Assembly (NCBI GenBank): GCA_977016875.1
Contig: CDRNST010000104.1
Span: 1,550,001-1,614,000 of the forward strand
Origin: Pavona decussata
Taxonomy: Eukaryota
Direction: 5' to 3'
DNA length: 64,000 bases
The position numbers and the translations under genes were made by a program. Positions 39,001-49,871 of this stretch are shown piece after piece (within the stretch, counting starts at the first letter, position 1; each line of letters starts with the position of its first letter). Under the pieces are notes generated by a model. The model was not told the origin of the DNA. It worked only from the letters and a program-made list of their open reading frames with translations, and made no database searches.

Positions 39001-39849
39001 CCCTCCAAAAAAGGATTTCCCTCTGCATTTATGTGTACGTGTGTGCAGATAAAAGGTCTAATTCAGGGTACAATTTGTGCTTCACTACAACTCTTGACAC
39101 TATATATTTCTAGGTAGCCGGTAGCTTCCTTGCGAGGGGACGTACATCACTTTCAGCTACCATTGTTTCATAGCATAGTTAATGTAGAAGTAAAAATCAT
39201 CAGTTTGTTAGCGGTGCGATAAATCTACACAATTTTCATGTACATGTACTTCTTCTTCCTGTGCTGTGCTGTTTGTTTCCACTTCTGAAATATCCACTTG
39301 TAGTGGTCTTACGTAGATGGTAGCCTGGCAGGCACGTTCTTTGAGTCTACTTGGTGTTTGGGGTTTGGGAACCGTGTGGATGCCCTGGTCAAGACCCCCA
39401 CGTTGATATAGCAGCAATTCATAACCACCAGCAGATCCAAGTAAAGGTAATCTCTCCATAAGTCCTGGGTGCACTGGAACACCATTCATTTCAAAATTTA
39501 TGTTTGCTGGGCCTAACCCAGCATTGCACAGTGCAGTACGGGTACCAATGGCACTTGGGGGTTTGTCATCATTGGGACTCCCCAAGCAAAAGAACTTTAA
39601 CGTACAGGTTGGTGTCTTCTTCTTTGCTGGGCCTTTTTCCTTTCCATCAGAACCACTACGCCTCTGCCATAGTTGAATAGCCTCATATGTTCTTGTACTC
39701 TAGTATTGTTGCTTTGACTACTACTGCTTTTACTCGTGACACTAGTAGCACTGCTTACTGAAGTAGGAGCAGTATTGGGGACTGGAACATGACCTGAACG
39801 TAAAATACATTTTTAGAAGACTCTAGGTCAAATGATCTGTCAACTGATC

Positions 39850-40073
39850 TAGACTGTTTACAGTCCTCTATTTTCCCGTGAGTTCATTGCGATCGTACGC
39901 GTCAGAGAGGACAAAAGTACTTAAGGGAGGAGCGTTGGGAAACTGTAAGGTGCGAAAAAGGCTTCCCGACGCCCTCTCCCTAGGACTCGCTCGCTAAATA
40001 AAACAAGATGGCAGCCACCTGTATTCGATCACAACGATTTACGGAAACGCTATGGAGGACTGTGAACAGTCTG
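39850..40073. mobile_element. Short MITE with TAGACTG-type termini (Academ-like non-autonomous)
   Basis: tagactgtttacagtcctc ... gaggactgtgaacagtctg. Confidence 0.7.
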
Positions 40074-40635
40074 CTCTAATTGAAAAGTATTTCAATCCAC
40101 CCAATTCAATAAAGAACTTAGGAAATACATAACTGAAGTCTTAGATTGACAATAAGTTAATTAAAACAAACATGTCACGCTTGAAACACGTTTGGGTGAT
40201 CATGTTGTATAAATGCTCAAACACTAAATAAAAGTTCAGATGAAAAAAACTTTCCTTTTCTGGGTACTGAACTTGGTTTGCAAGAGATAACAGCTCCTCC
40301 GCTATACGACGAATTGCTGCTTTCGTATTCTGTACGGGTGATGCCATTGAGCACATGTGCAAGGTACGTACTTGTCAATGGTCCGGGCATGCGCTAGTCT
40401 TTGACAGGGGGAAGCACTGGGGTCCAGAATGCATATACCGATGAGCAGTGGGTTTGAGGCTCCCAACGTCATTCGAGGTTACCAAGTTGAAAATAAAAGT
40501 CGTCAAGTTGAAAATGAAAGTCGTCGAGTTTGTACTGTGAAACTCGAAGGACAAATGGATGGCGTGGAGTTTAGAATGAATCGGTGACAATCACGAATGC
40601 AAACTTGAACAACAAATATAAAACACACATGTTGA

Positions 40636-41448
40636 AAGCTTCCCTTTTGCTTAGTATTTTCACGCAAATACATGTAGCCCGATTTCTTTCGCAACATGGC
40701 ACAAAATATCGTTTTTCCTTGAAAAGTCTTCCCGCGACGAAAATTAAATTACCGCCTTCTGCATAGAGTTACAAAATAAATTTGCGCGGTTTAAAGTGGT
40801 TTTCTTGTTTCTTCCTTTTCTATAATGCCTTAAGCTTCCCTTTTGCTTAGTATTTTCACGCAAATACATGTAGCCCGATTTCTTTCGTAACATGGCACAA
40901 AATATCGTTTTTCCTTGAAAAGTCTTCCCGCGACGAAAATTAAATTACCGCCTTCTGCGTAGAGTTTTAAAAAAAATTTGCGCGGTTTAAAGCGGTTTTG
41001 CTGACGATGACCTAATCTTCTATTCAAAAAGAGAATGATTAAAACATGCATTATAAAATCGATTGCCTTTTTAAACGACAACTGAGCAAGTTACAAAATA
41101 TTTACGCTGTTTACGACGGTTTTTGTTTGTTCTTGTTTGAAGATAACCAATCACACTAAATGGGTGCCGAAAATAAAATGAGGTTTTCTTCGGTCTTTAT
41201 AATCACAAAACAGCAAAACGAAATTGCAGGCAAAATCGGCACATGCCCATTAGCCGGTTTTTTTTTCCATCCTTTCCCAAATCTATAACATCAAAATTTT
41301 GTTATAAAACCCTTTTACTAGTGCTATCGGAGCTGCTGAGGACACAAGTTGCGTCGATAGCCAAAGTAGCTAAATTAACAAAATATTTAGGCCGTAAATA
41401 TTTCAACAGCTAGCATCTCTAGTAGAAGACTCAGCGCGCAATGGAAAC
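40636..41448 (+). repeat. Repeat module A (left arm), with a 196-bp tandem duplication at its start
   Basis: 40800-41448 is the reverse complement of 46813-47465. The unit aagcttcccttttgc... occurs at 40636 and 40832. Confidence 0.9.
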
Positions 41449-41452
41449 TGTA

Positions 41453-41753
41453 AAACAATAAATGCGCATCAATTATACCGACACATTACTTGTATAGGCT
41501 CGAACAGCGAGCAGCTAATCGGACGCTTCGCTGACTTCATTGTTCAGCGAAACAAAAGGTTTCTTTTGTTTCTCGTTCAACAAAAGATGTCCAAAGGAGG
41601 CCGCTAGGAAAACTGAGTTTTTTTGCATAAGTTATTTTTCGAAAACGAAGAGCAAAACAACGAAAAAAAAATACAGGGCAATGTTTGTTGACTAAAACGA
41701 AGCCTACATGCAAAAATTGAGACAAATCCGAAAAAAAAAACGGCCTAAAATTC
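41453..41753 (+). repeat. Repeat module B (direct copy of 47912-48213; diverged copy at about 44960-45095)
   Basis: caattatacc.acacattacttgtat.ggctcgaacagcgagc...cggcctaaaattcg occurs in both. Confidence 0.9.
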
Positions 41754-41831
41754 GGCTCTTGTTGTCTGTCTGAAATGAAAACCTTTCAACAGAGTGTCAG
41801 TTCTCAAGATTACAATAACGTTATTACAGGA

Positions 41832-41869
41832 ACTTTTATTTCCGCGCCAAATTTCGCGGAAATAAAAGT
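41832..41869. repeat. Perfect 15-bp hairpin
   Basis: acttttatttccgcg-ccaaattt-cgcggaaataaaagt. Confidence 0.85.
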
Positions 41870-42799
41870 AAACTCAAATTAAGAGCAAACACCCATTATT
41901 TAAGTTTTCAAACTGCCCAATTAAACATCGCACCAAACGACTCTTTTCCGAACCGCAAAATAAAGAAAAGCCATAGCCAACAACAACTTTTATGTGAACA
42001 TGCTTGTTGTTGTTATTTCGTGAGATTTGCTTTCAATAATTTTAACACTTTTTTTTTCACATAGCGAGTAAAACCACCTCTCACTATTGCCGAACGTGCG
42101 GAGCAATAAAATACCTTGCCTTCTAAGGCAAGATTTCTCAGTGTCTCAGCTAAATTTTTCGTTACTGGGGACAAGGCCATTGTGTAAAGAAAAATTATTT
42201 CGATAAGGAGTCCCTGCACGCAGGTTTTGTAATATTGGATTGCGTCCTTTTCACTGAATGTTACCCGTTGGATTATCGAAATGAAAAACTAAAAGGATTA
42301 AGGTGCTGAAACTAAAACCTTTTTTTAAGTTTCAAAGGATGATTGCAGTAACGAACCACTAATTGGCGACCCTTGATAACACGTGGACTTATAGATAGAC
42401 TCACACGCGTCCATTTTTTGTTTTGTCACAATCGACCCGATCTCACCCAAAATGTAATTACAAATGGAAAAAATGTTTTCGGTCACTCAACAATGTTTTC
42501 ACATTTTATCGCCAAACATTTCCTGTTTGGATTGGCCTTTGGACGTTCCATGTAGCACCTAGTTAGGGACACTTCTGTTGGTTCTTTTGTGACCAGAAAT
42601 ATAGTTTTAAAAATTGTAAACTTTCTCTTTTCGTTTCCTTTGGTTTAATTTATTATTGCGTTGTTCAGTCACTCAATAGTGCGTGGTCTCCGAAACTTGA
42701 ATTCAAAACCAGGCGAGCAAATGAGAATGTTGGGGTGATGACAGACGTAGAACTTGCGTGAGAAACAATGCTTTTAGTGTTTCCGCAAAATTTCAATCT

Positions 42800-42855
42800 A
42801 CCGGAAGTGGGAGATGCATATATAAACACAAACGCGTGCCCTACAAAGCCATTCT
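42800..42855 (+). promoter_or_regulatory. Putative core promoter of the Fz-CRD gene (ETS-like CCGGAAGT, TATA box, initiator-like CATTC)
   Basis: accggaagt at 42800, tatataaa at about 42820 and cattc about 30 nt later. The ATG is in a good Kozak context (acaATGG). Confidence 0.5.
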
Positions 42856-42883
42856 CTAAAGGGTTGGAGTACGTGCGTTAACA

Positions 42884-43711
42884 ATGGCCGACCTTTTAGT
42901 ACTAATCTCCGTCCTGTGTCTCTTGCCTTTGGCAAGCGGACAGTGTGAAAAGGTGACTTCACCTCTAAGGGAATTCTGCCCTTTTTATAACTACACCACA
43001 CTGGATGAAGGAACTGATCAGGTACAAGCAGCCTCTTTTATTCACCACTTCAAGCCACTATTCCTGTCAAACTGTTCCACGCTATCAAACATATTCATCT
43101 GTGCAAGCTACTCTCCATTTTGTCAGCCACCAAACCACCGTCTTCTTCCTTGCCGTGAACTTTGTTTTTACGTTTACTCTTCATGCATACATGTGTTCTC
43201 TTCAAGCCGTCTGCCTTGGCCGTCGCGTTTAAACTGCTCTCGTCTACCATCTCCACCTGAATTATGCTTATCACCGAAACTGCCGCCGCCTCATTCCGTT
43301 TCAACGTCAGCACCATCTTCTACCTCTGTACAGCCGTCCCGTCAAACACGTTTTTCAGTTTTTCCAACAGCAACAACAACAACCACAATAGTAACAACAA
43401 CTTCACCGTCGTCACCGTCATCGCATCTTATTCTTGGACTTTCACTCAGCCTCATAATTTTGGTTTTACTTTTGCCTCTTTGTCTTTTGTACGTACGTCG
43501 TTATCTCTGTCCACGCCAGCCACCCCCCACATCAAGTCATGACTCCACAGCATTTGGACCAACATCAGAGCCTTTGCCATTACCTACACAGTCAACTCGT
43601 CCACCATCTTCGCCGCCAAACCTACCTGAATGTCCGCCACCTCCACTGCCACCACGAAAAAGTAACGTTGAATACCAGAACATTCACATATACTCTGTTA
43701 TTGCTAATTGA
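42884..43711 (+). CDS. Intronless single-pass membrane protein with a Frizzled cysteine-rich domain (275 aa)
   Basis: Signal peptide; ten Cys in Fz-CRD spacing (CEKV..FCPFYNYT..SNCS..FICASYSPFC..PCRELC..SSC..PWP..LNCSRLP..LC); S/T/P stalk; TM LILGLSLSLIILVLLLPLCLLYV; Pro-rich tail. The ORF is uninterrupted. Confidence 0.88.
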   Translation: MADLLVLISVLCLLPLASGQCEKVTSPLREFCPFYNYTTLDEGTDQVQAASFIHHFKPLFLSNCSTLSNIFICASYSPFCQPPNHRLLPCRELCFYVYSSCIHVFSSSRLPWPSRLNCSRLPSPPELCLSPKLPPPHSVSTSAPSSTSVQPSRQTRFSVFPTATTTTTIVTTTSPSSPSSHLILGLSLSLIILVLLLPLCLLYVRRYLCPRQPPPTSSHDSTAFGPTSEPLPLPTQSTRPPSSPPNLPECPPPPLPPRKSNVEYQNIHIYSVIAN

Positions 43712-44667
43712 ATATATTTTAAATTTTCAATCATTTCATTAACATTTTGTAACATTTTCTAAAACCTGGTTCACGTTTCGTTAAACACGGTTTTTAATTG
43801 AGTTCACGCTTCATCAGTTTGGTCTCTATCATGTTGCTGTCGTGTTAAGTTTTCTACGCAGTCTGATCAGCCTTGCAGAAATTTGAGTCATTATTTTGGC
43901 AGTTTTGCATGTAGTCATTGTCTGACGTTTTTCGTTCAGATTTTTTTATTTGGAGGGGGGGGGGGCGGTTGTGCTGGAAATGTTTTACTATCATCCCTTT
44001 TTTTTGTATCTTTCTTAAGCTGACTTATTTTTAATATATATTTTTTATTTTGTGGCCGCAAGATTTCTCGCCTTTCTCGAATTGACAGAAATGCCCGAAT
44101 GTTAGTTCGCGCGTTTCTTCTCTCCCACACTTTCTGATTTGCTTAAAAGATCTCTTGGGCCAATTGTGATACAGCGCTGATTTTAAAGATATTTATTACC
44201 TTCCTAATTGGCAGATATGCAGAAGTAAAATCCATTCTTTGATGGCAATTTGCGCACTAGCACATCCTAAGAAAGATTGCGCTAATGTACATATAGGAAA
44301 AAAACTAACAAGAATAACCCAGGTTACCAGAAATCATAACATATATTGCATTGTCGGAGAACGATAACGGTTTACATTATCCAAGACTGTAAACTTCGCC
44401 ACCGTTGGAGTAGAGATCTTTGAATACGATGCAAGATGCGGCACATTTGAGGTTAGCCTGTGAATGCGGCCACCGCATGATTAAAGCATACGCTGTATAC
44501 AGCAAAATAATAAATTTAATGACTAAGTAAACTTGAAAAATGTATAAACTTGATTACAGTGACAAAAATTCGTTGTAAGCACTCAAAAAGTAACTTGTAA
44601 GTATGAAGTATGTACTCACACTTCAATGTAAATTTGTCAACCTATTTTAATAAATAAGATAAATGAA

Positions 44668-44809
44668 AATATACGTAGTCATGATACCATGTCAGCCTCC
44701 AATATACGTAGTCATGATACCATGTCAGCCTCCAATATACGTAGTCATGATACCATGTCAGCCTCCAATATAAGTAGTCATGATACCATATCAGCCTCCA
44801 ATATACGTA
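44668..44809. repeat. 33-bp minisatellite, about 4.3 copies
   Basis: aatatacgtagtcatgataccatgtcagcctcc at 44668, 44701, 44734 and 44767, plus a partial copy at 44800. Confidence 0.95.
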
Positions 44810-46257
44810 TTGATTCAGTACAAGGACAAGTTATGCGAAATTCAGTTTCATTGAAGTTTAGGGAAGCACAGATTTGGAAAAAGTTACCAAATGTATTTAA
44901 AATAATCAAACACTGTACTCCCTTTAAAAAGTGTGTAGCTTATGAAGTTTTTAGCATACGCTATTTCTCAAATACGAAACACAACTCGGCGAGAAAAAAA
45001 ATACTGGACAATGTTTTTCAATCGAATTGCAGTTCACATACAAAAATTCGGACAAATCCGAGCAAAATAAAAAACGGCCTAAAATTCGACATAGGTTGGC
45101 TATGTCGGCAAAACTGATTATTATGTTCGACTGGGTTCGGCTATTAAACGAACGATGTTCGATTGGGTTCGATAACCGAACTTTTGATTAGATATCTCGG
45201 AAACGAAACTACATAGCTATTGTCGATTACAGGTCGCTATTTAATCTGTCGATGTTCTTAGTAGCGATCTAAACGGAACTTTATTGATCGAAGATGGCTT
45301 TCGACACGAGCTTGATGAAAAAAATTGTTTAAAATGAAATCGATGGCTCAAGTGAAGGAGCCGGTGCTAAAATTCGGCAATTCATTTTATTTCAAAATTC
45401 TTGTTATAGCGTGATAGCCAGCTCAATAAGCTTTAATTTGATATAGGGGTTTAGTTATCTTGTTTAAACTGGACGCGAGACACCTCTAAAGATGTACGGT
45501 AAGGGATGGACCATTTTATTTTATTTATTTATTTATTTTTGGGTGGGGTGGGGGCAATTTAGTCATGTTAACATTTTTTTTTTCGCCTTTGGGCTGTGCA
45601 AGAATTTTTTTTAGCAACTGAAGGTTGTGCACCAATTTTTTTCCCACCAGTTTTCAGTCTTCATACTACCAAAAATGAGAATTTTAAGAGGTATGCCCAC
45701 TGAGGTATGCCTGTACAAGTATGGAACAGAAGATGACACATGTACCTCCAGCACTGGTTTCTCTCTAGGCTGATATAAGCTGCATTTTGTCTTTTCTGTG
45801 TTACATGTTGGGTTGCAAAAATAAATGAGAAATTCTACTGAGTCAGCTGGATTTCAAACCTTTTGAAAATGGCTGGATCTTCTTATCCAATGTCAAGAAA
45901 TCAGTAATGAATAGCTTATTAAAACGCAACTGTGTTCTAAAGAAAACACTACTGATTTACTTCTTACAGTGACAAAACCTTGACATAAATGCAGCCTGAC
46001 AGCGTAAAGCACTATCAAACACTATTGGGTTTTCGCTTGTTTCAATTTTTTTAGATAGTGTTGAATTGGTTTAAGTACAAGCACTTTAGCAATCATCCTT
46101 TATAGTTGTATACATTCTGGCACTAGTGAAACAAAATGGCGGCTTGACAACACGAAACTCACCTGCCCGTAGTAGGGCTCTTTTCCGGATATTTCTGGTG
46201 AAGTTAGTGATTTTCAGATAGGTAAAAGTCTCATTTCTTTGTTATTTTTAAATTTTT

Positions 46258-46335
46258 TTATGATCCGAGTCGATCCGAGTTGATCCGACCCGGACTGGTG
46301 ATCCGAGTCGATCCGGTCCGAATTTTATACCTGCC
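46258..46335. repeat. gatccga-repeat transposon end fragment
   Basis: tgatccgagtcgatccgagttgatccgacccgg...gatccggtccgaattttatacctgcc. Confidence 0.5.
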
Positions 46336-46559
46336 TGTCACCCAACAACCAAATCTTTCCAAATACGTTAGAAGTATCTCTGTGTTTTTAGAAGCTTGGT
46401 TGGTTAATTTGATGCTGCCCTAAAAAATCAGTCACAGGTTATTTGCTTCAGGTTTAAAATTACTATTTACAAGGCTATAAAATTTTAAACAGTAAAGAAA
46501 CGTACAAGCAGACAAACAAACGTTTTCATCTGATCAAAAGTCATCTTCAGGGTGAAAGA

Positions 46560-48245
46560 CCGTCCGCTAAAACTCGACATAGGTCGGTTGCTCTCACCAT
46601 TCAAATATATTCGGTTACCGTGTAGTTGACGATTTATGTCATTTTTCGCATCGGCAATTATCAGAAAGAAAAATTAAAAAAAAAATTGCCAGAAGAAAAG
46701 AAAACAAACATTATTGAGCCGTTATAAGATCGCCGGTGACGTTTTGCTCAATCACATTTGCAGCTTTGAATCAACGAAACCGTCCTGCAAGGTGAATTTA
46801 GCTGAACTAAGGGTTTCCATTGCGCGCTAAGTCTTTTACTAGAGATGCCAGCTCATTTACGCCAGAACATTATGCCAGAACATTTACGCCATAAATATTT
46901 TGTTACTTTAGCTACTTTGGCTATCGACGCAACTTGTGTCGTTAGCAGCTCCGATAGCACTAGTAAAAGGGTTTTATGAGGAAAGGATGGGAAAAAAACA
47001 GCTAATGGGCATGTGCCGATTTCGCCCGCGATTTTGTTTTGTTTTGTGATTATAAAGACCGAAGAAAAGCTTTAAGAACTCATTTTTTTCGGCATCCATT
47101 TAGTGTGATTGGTTATCTTCAAACAAGAACAAACAAAAACTGTCGTAAACAGCGTAAATATTTTGTAACTTGCGCAGTTGTCGTTTAAAAAGCAATCGAT
47201 CTTATGATACATGTTTTTTTTTTTTTTTTTTTTTACTTTATATTCCATTCTCTTTAGAAGATTAGGTCATCGTCAGCAAACCTGCAAATTTATTTTGTAA
47301 CTCTACGCAGAAGGCGGAAATTTAATTTTTCGTCGCGGGAAGACTTTTCAAGGAAAAACGATATTTTGTGCCATGTTGCGAAAGAAATCGGGCTACATGT
47401 ATTTGCGTGAAAATACTAAGCAAAAGGGAAGCTTAAGGCATATAAAAAAGGAAGAAGCAAGAAAAAGAAAAGAAAAGCGAATCTTGCTTATTAGCTACTC
47501 CAGACTACTGCAGAAAACATGGTACTATCTCTGCTATAGCTGATATATTGTTGTTCTTTAATAGCTGTGCTTGATTTAATATGTGTCGCCATCGGATTTG
47601 TTGTTCTCTGTAGCTTAAAGCTCACCACCTTTTTTAGGCTGTCGATGTGGCTTTTTGAAAACTTTAAACGTTCAGATTAGATGCTCAAACTTCACTTTAA
47701 TCGTAGGAGGATTTCGCCGCGAACTTAAACGGTTAATTTTAGCAGTTTTGAAAGCACTTTTTTAACGGATGTTTTGGTTTTTTAAAAAAGAAGAGGGAAG
47801 AAAAAAAACCAAAAAAAAAACCACTGTCCTCGTGTCGAACCAGTCCACGAAAAATGTAATCGACTCCGGCCTAGGTTCAGCGCGTCAATCGCTTGCGCCA
47901 ACAAAGCGACAACAATAATAGCGCTTCAATTATACCAACACATTACTTGTATCGGCTCGAACAGCGAGCGGCGAATCGGACGCTTCGCTGACTTCATTGT
48001 TCAGCGAAACAAAAGGTTTCTTTTGTTTCTCGTTCAACAAAAGATCTCCAAAGGAGGCCGCTTGGAAAACTGAGTTTTTTGCATACGTTATTTCTCAAAA
48101 ACGAAGAGCAAATCAACGAAAAAAAATACAGGGCAATGTTTGTTGACTAAAACGAAGCTCACATGCAAAAATTGAGACAAATCCGAGAAGAAAAAAAAAA
48201 CGGCCTAAAATTCGACATAGGTCGGTTATGCTCTCAGCCCTTCAA
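46560..48245. mobile_element. Non-autonomous repeat unit (module A inverted, spacer, module B) bounded by a direct tcgacataggtcggtt..gctctca motif; possibly Helitron-like
   Basis: The motif occurs at about 46568-46597 and 48208-48236. The unit contains the inverted arm 46813-47465 and module B 47912-48213. Confidence 0.5.
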
Positions 48246-49529
48246 TTATCCCTATACTTTATTGGCGTCGTATGCATGGCACCAAGCGCACGTAGACGAG
48301 TAGAAAAAAAAATAAAAATTTTAGAATTCATTTCCGTCGAAATGTTAACCCCATGTATAAACTGTTTTCCGAAAATGAAATACATTTTAGGGTACCAAAC
48401 AAAAAGATGACAATCTGTGGCTCCATCGCGGTGCCAAAACTGTCACAAGTAATTGAATATTCCGCCACTTCACTTCGACATACTTTTTTCGTAGAGTCTC
48501 TTTCACAGACATCAGTTAACAGTCAGGCAATTTGCTTTTGTTGAGGTCTACTGAAAGAAGGTTTTGGTGGGATGTAGTTAGCGCAAAATGGCATTATGAA
48601 CACAATACATGTGCCATAACTACCCTCATCCTTCAGATTTGAAGAATATTGTAGTGCCTCTGTACAGTTGACTTGTGAGGTGGTAGGCGGGGAAAACTAA
48701 TTAAAAATTACTCAACAGGGAAAAGGTGTTGTCCATTCCTAAAAGCTCGCATTCAATTCAAAGTACCACAGCCCACAGTACATTTTTACGAGGAAGCAAA
48801 TGTCATTTCCTTTCCTCTTGGCTTCATTTAAAAGTTCGATGTCTGCGTTTTGTGCAGCTCTTACCAGTGTTGGGTCCATTATAATTGGCATGTTCCTGTG
48901 GAGATCTCGCAATTCATGGCTGGCATTTACGTTCTCGTACTTGAAGTCTTGATTTATTCCAACATTTAGGGCCTTCGCGAGGCTTGGCTGCCCTTCATAT
49001 TGCTGATGCTTTTTGGACAGACTGGTTATCTCTGCTATAAACTGCAGTGATAAAATTTCCCTCCAGATGCTCTGCTAGAGAGCGATGTATAATGAGGAGG
49101 ACATTGGGGGGTTCTGAACACCGCAACACCGCAAAAAATATTGCCGAACACCGCATCACCACAAGTAAAGTCTGTGGAACACTGTCACCGCAATATCTAT
49201 TTTTAGTCTGATGATTTAAGCGTCAGTACAGGATAAAGCCTTCAAGATTTTGCCTTTGTCCTTAAGAAAAGTTGTGAAACAAACATAACGAGGCCAAAGC
49301 TGTAGTTACTCTGCATATGCCTTTTGATGTTGGTTGTTACGTACACTTTGACGCTAGAATACTAGAAGATCTATGAACTTCAGCCGAAAAATTACCGCTG
49401 CCTCGTGCTACAAGAACATTTCCGGAGAGTTGTGTGTTCTGACATTGTCACAGAAAAATACTCCTAGTCTCCTTTCTTGAATATTTAAGTTTCAGGCTTT
49501 AAAACCTTTTAACTAATGGTACTCGGGCA

Positions 49530-49857
49530 ATAGGCCGTATGCATGATCACGTAACATGCCCGAAAGGCAGTATGGTAGTTGTAGTCACACTCAAATCCAA
49601 GATGGCGTCAATAGTGCTAGTAGCGGGGGAAAAAGAAAAAGTACGTAGTATTTGACCTATCTGAAGGCTCAAACAAATACCCTGAGAAGCTACTCGACCG
49701 CCCGGCCACATCAGAACACTTGTCAGCATTTCTGCCATTTAAATTTCCCGCTTCGGGGAAATACAACGCCATATTGGATTCGTGGGTGACTTCAACTACC
49801 ACAATGGACGTTCAAGCCGCAAAAGCATTGTTTTACGTCATTATAGATAAGGTTTAT
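49530..49857. mobile_element. MITE inside the 3' region of the 8-kb element
   Basis: Internal inverted pair ggtagttgtagtcacactcaaatccaagatggcg / cgccatattggattcgtgggtgacttcaactacc, with imperfect outer TIRs. Confidence 0.65.
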
Positions 49858-49871
49858 GAGGATGGAAAAAA

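Larger units (their letters stand above)
35200..40350 (-). pseudogene. Multi-exon G2E3-like HECT E3 ligase gene, copy 2 (probably transposon-borne, IS3EU-type accessory gene)
   Basis: Exon remnants at 40255-40347 (MASPVQ..), 39245-39600 (AGLG..GGYELLLY..IYVRPLQ), 37366-38055 (EQAAADTGGV..HSILQGGPGFP), 36090-36265 (LDQLREGLQTLG) and 35200-35355 (FFTFATGAP). Frameshifts and a MITE insertion disrupt it. Confidence 0.7.

Noticed and set aside
44668-44809. 33-bp repeats as a CRISPR array, or ORF 44689-45117 as a repeat protein
   Set aside because: The units are head-to-tail with no unique spacers, there are no cas genes and the context is eukaryotic. The ORF is a by-product of a unit length divisible by 3.
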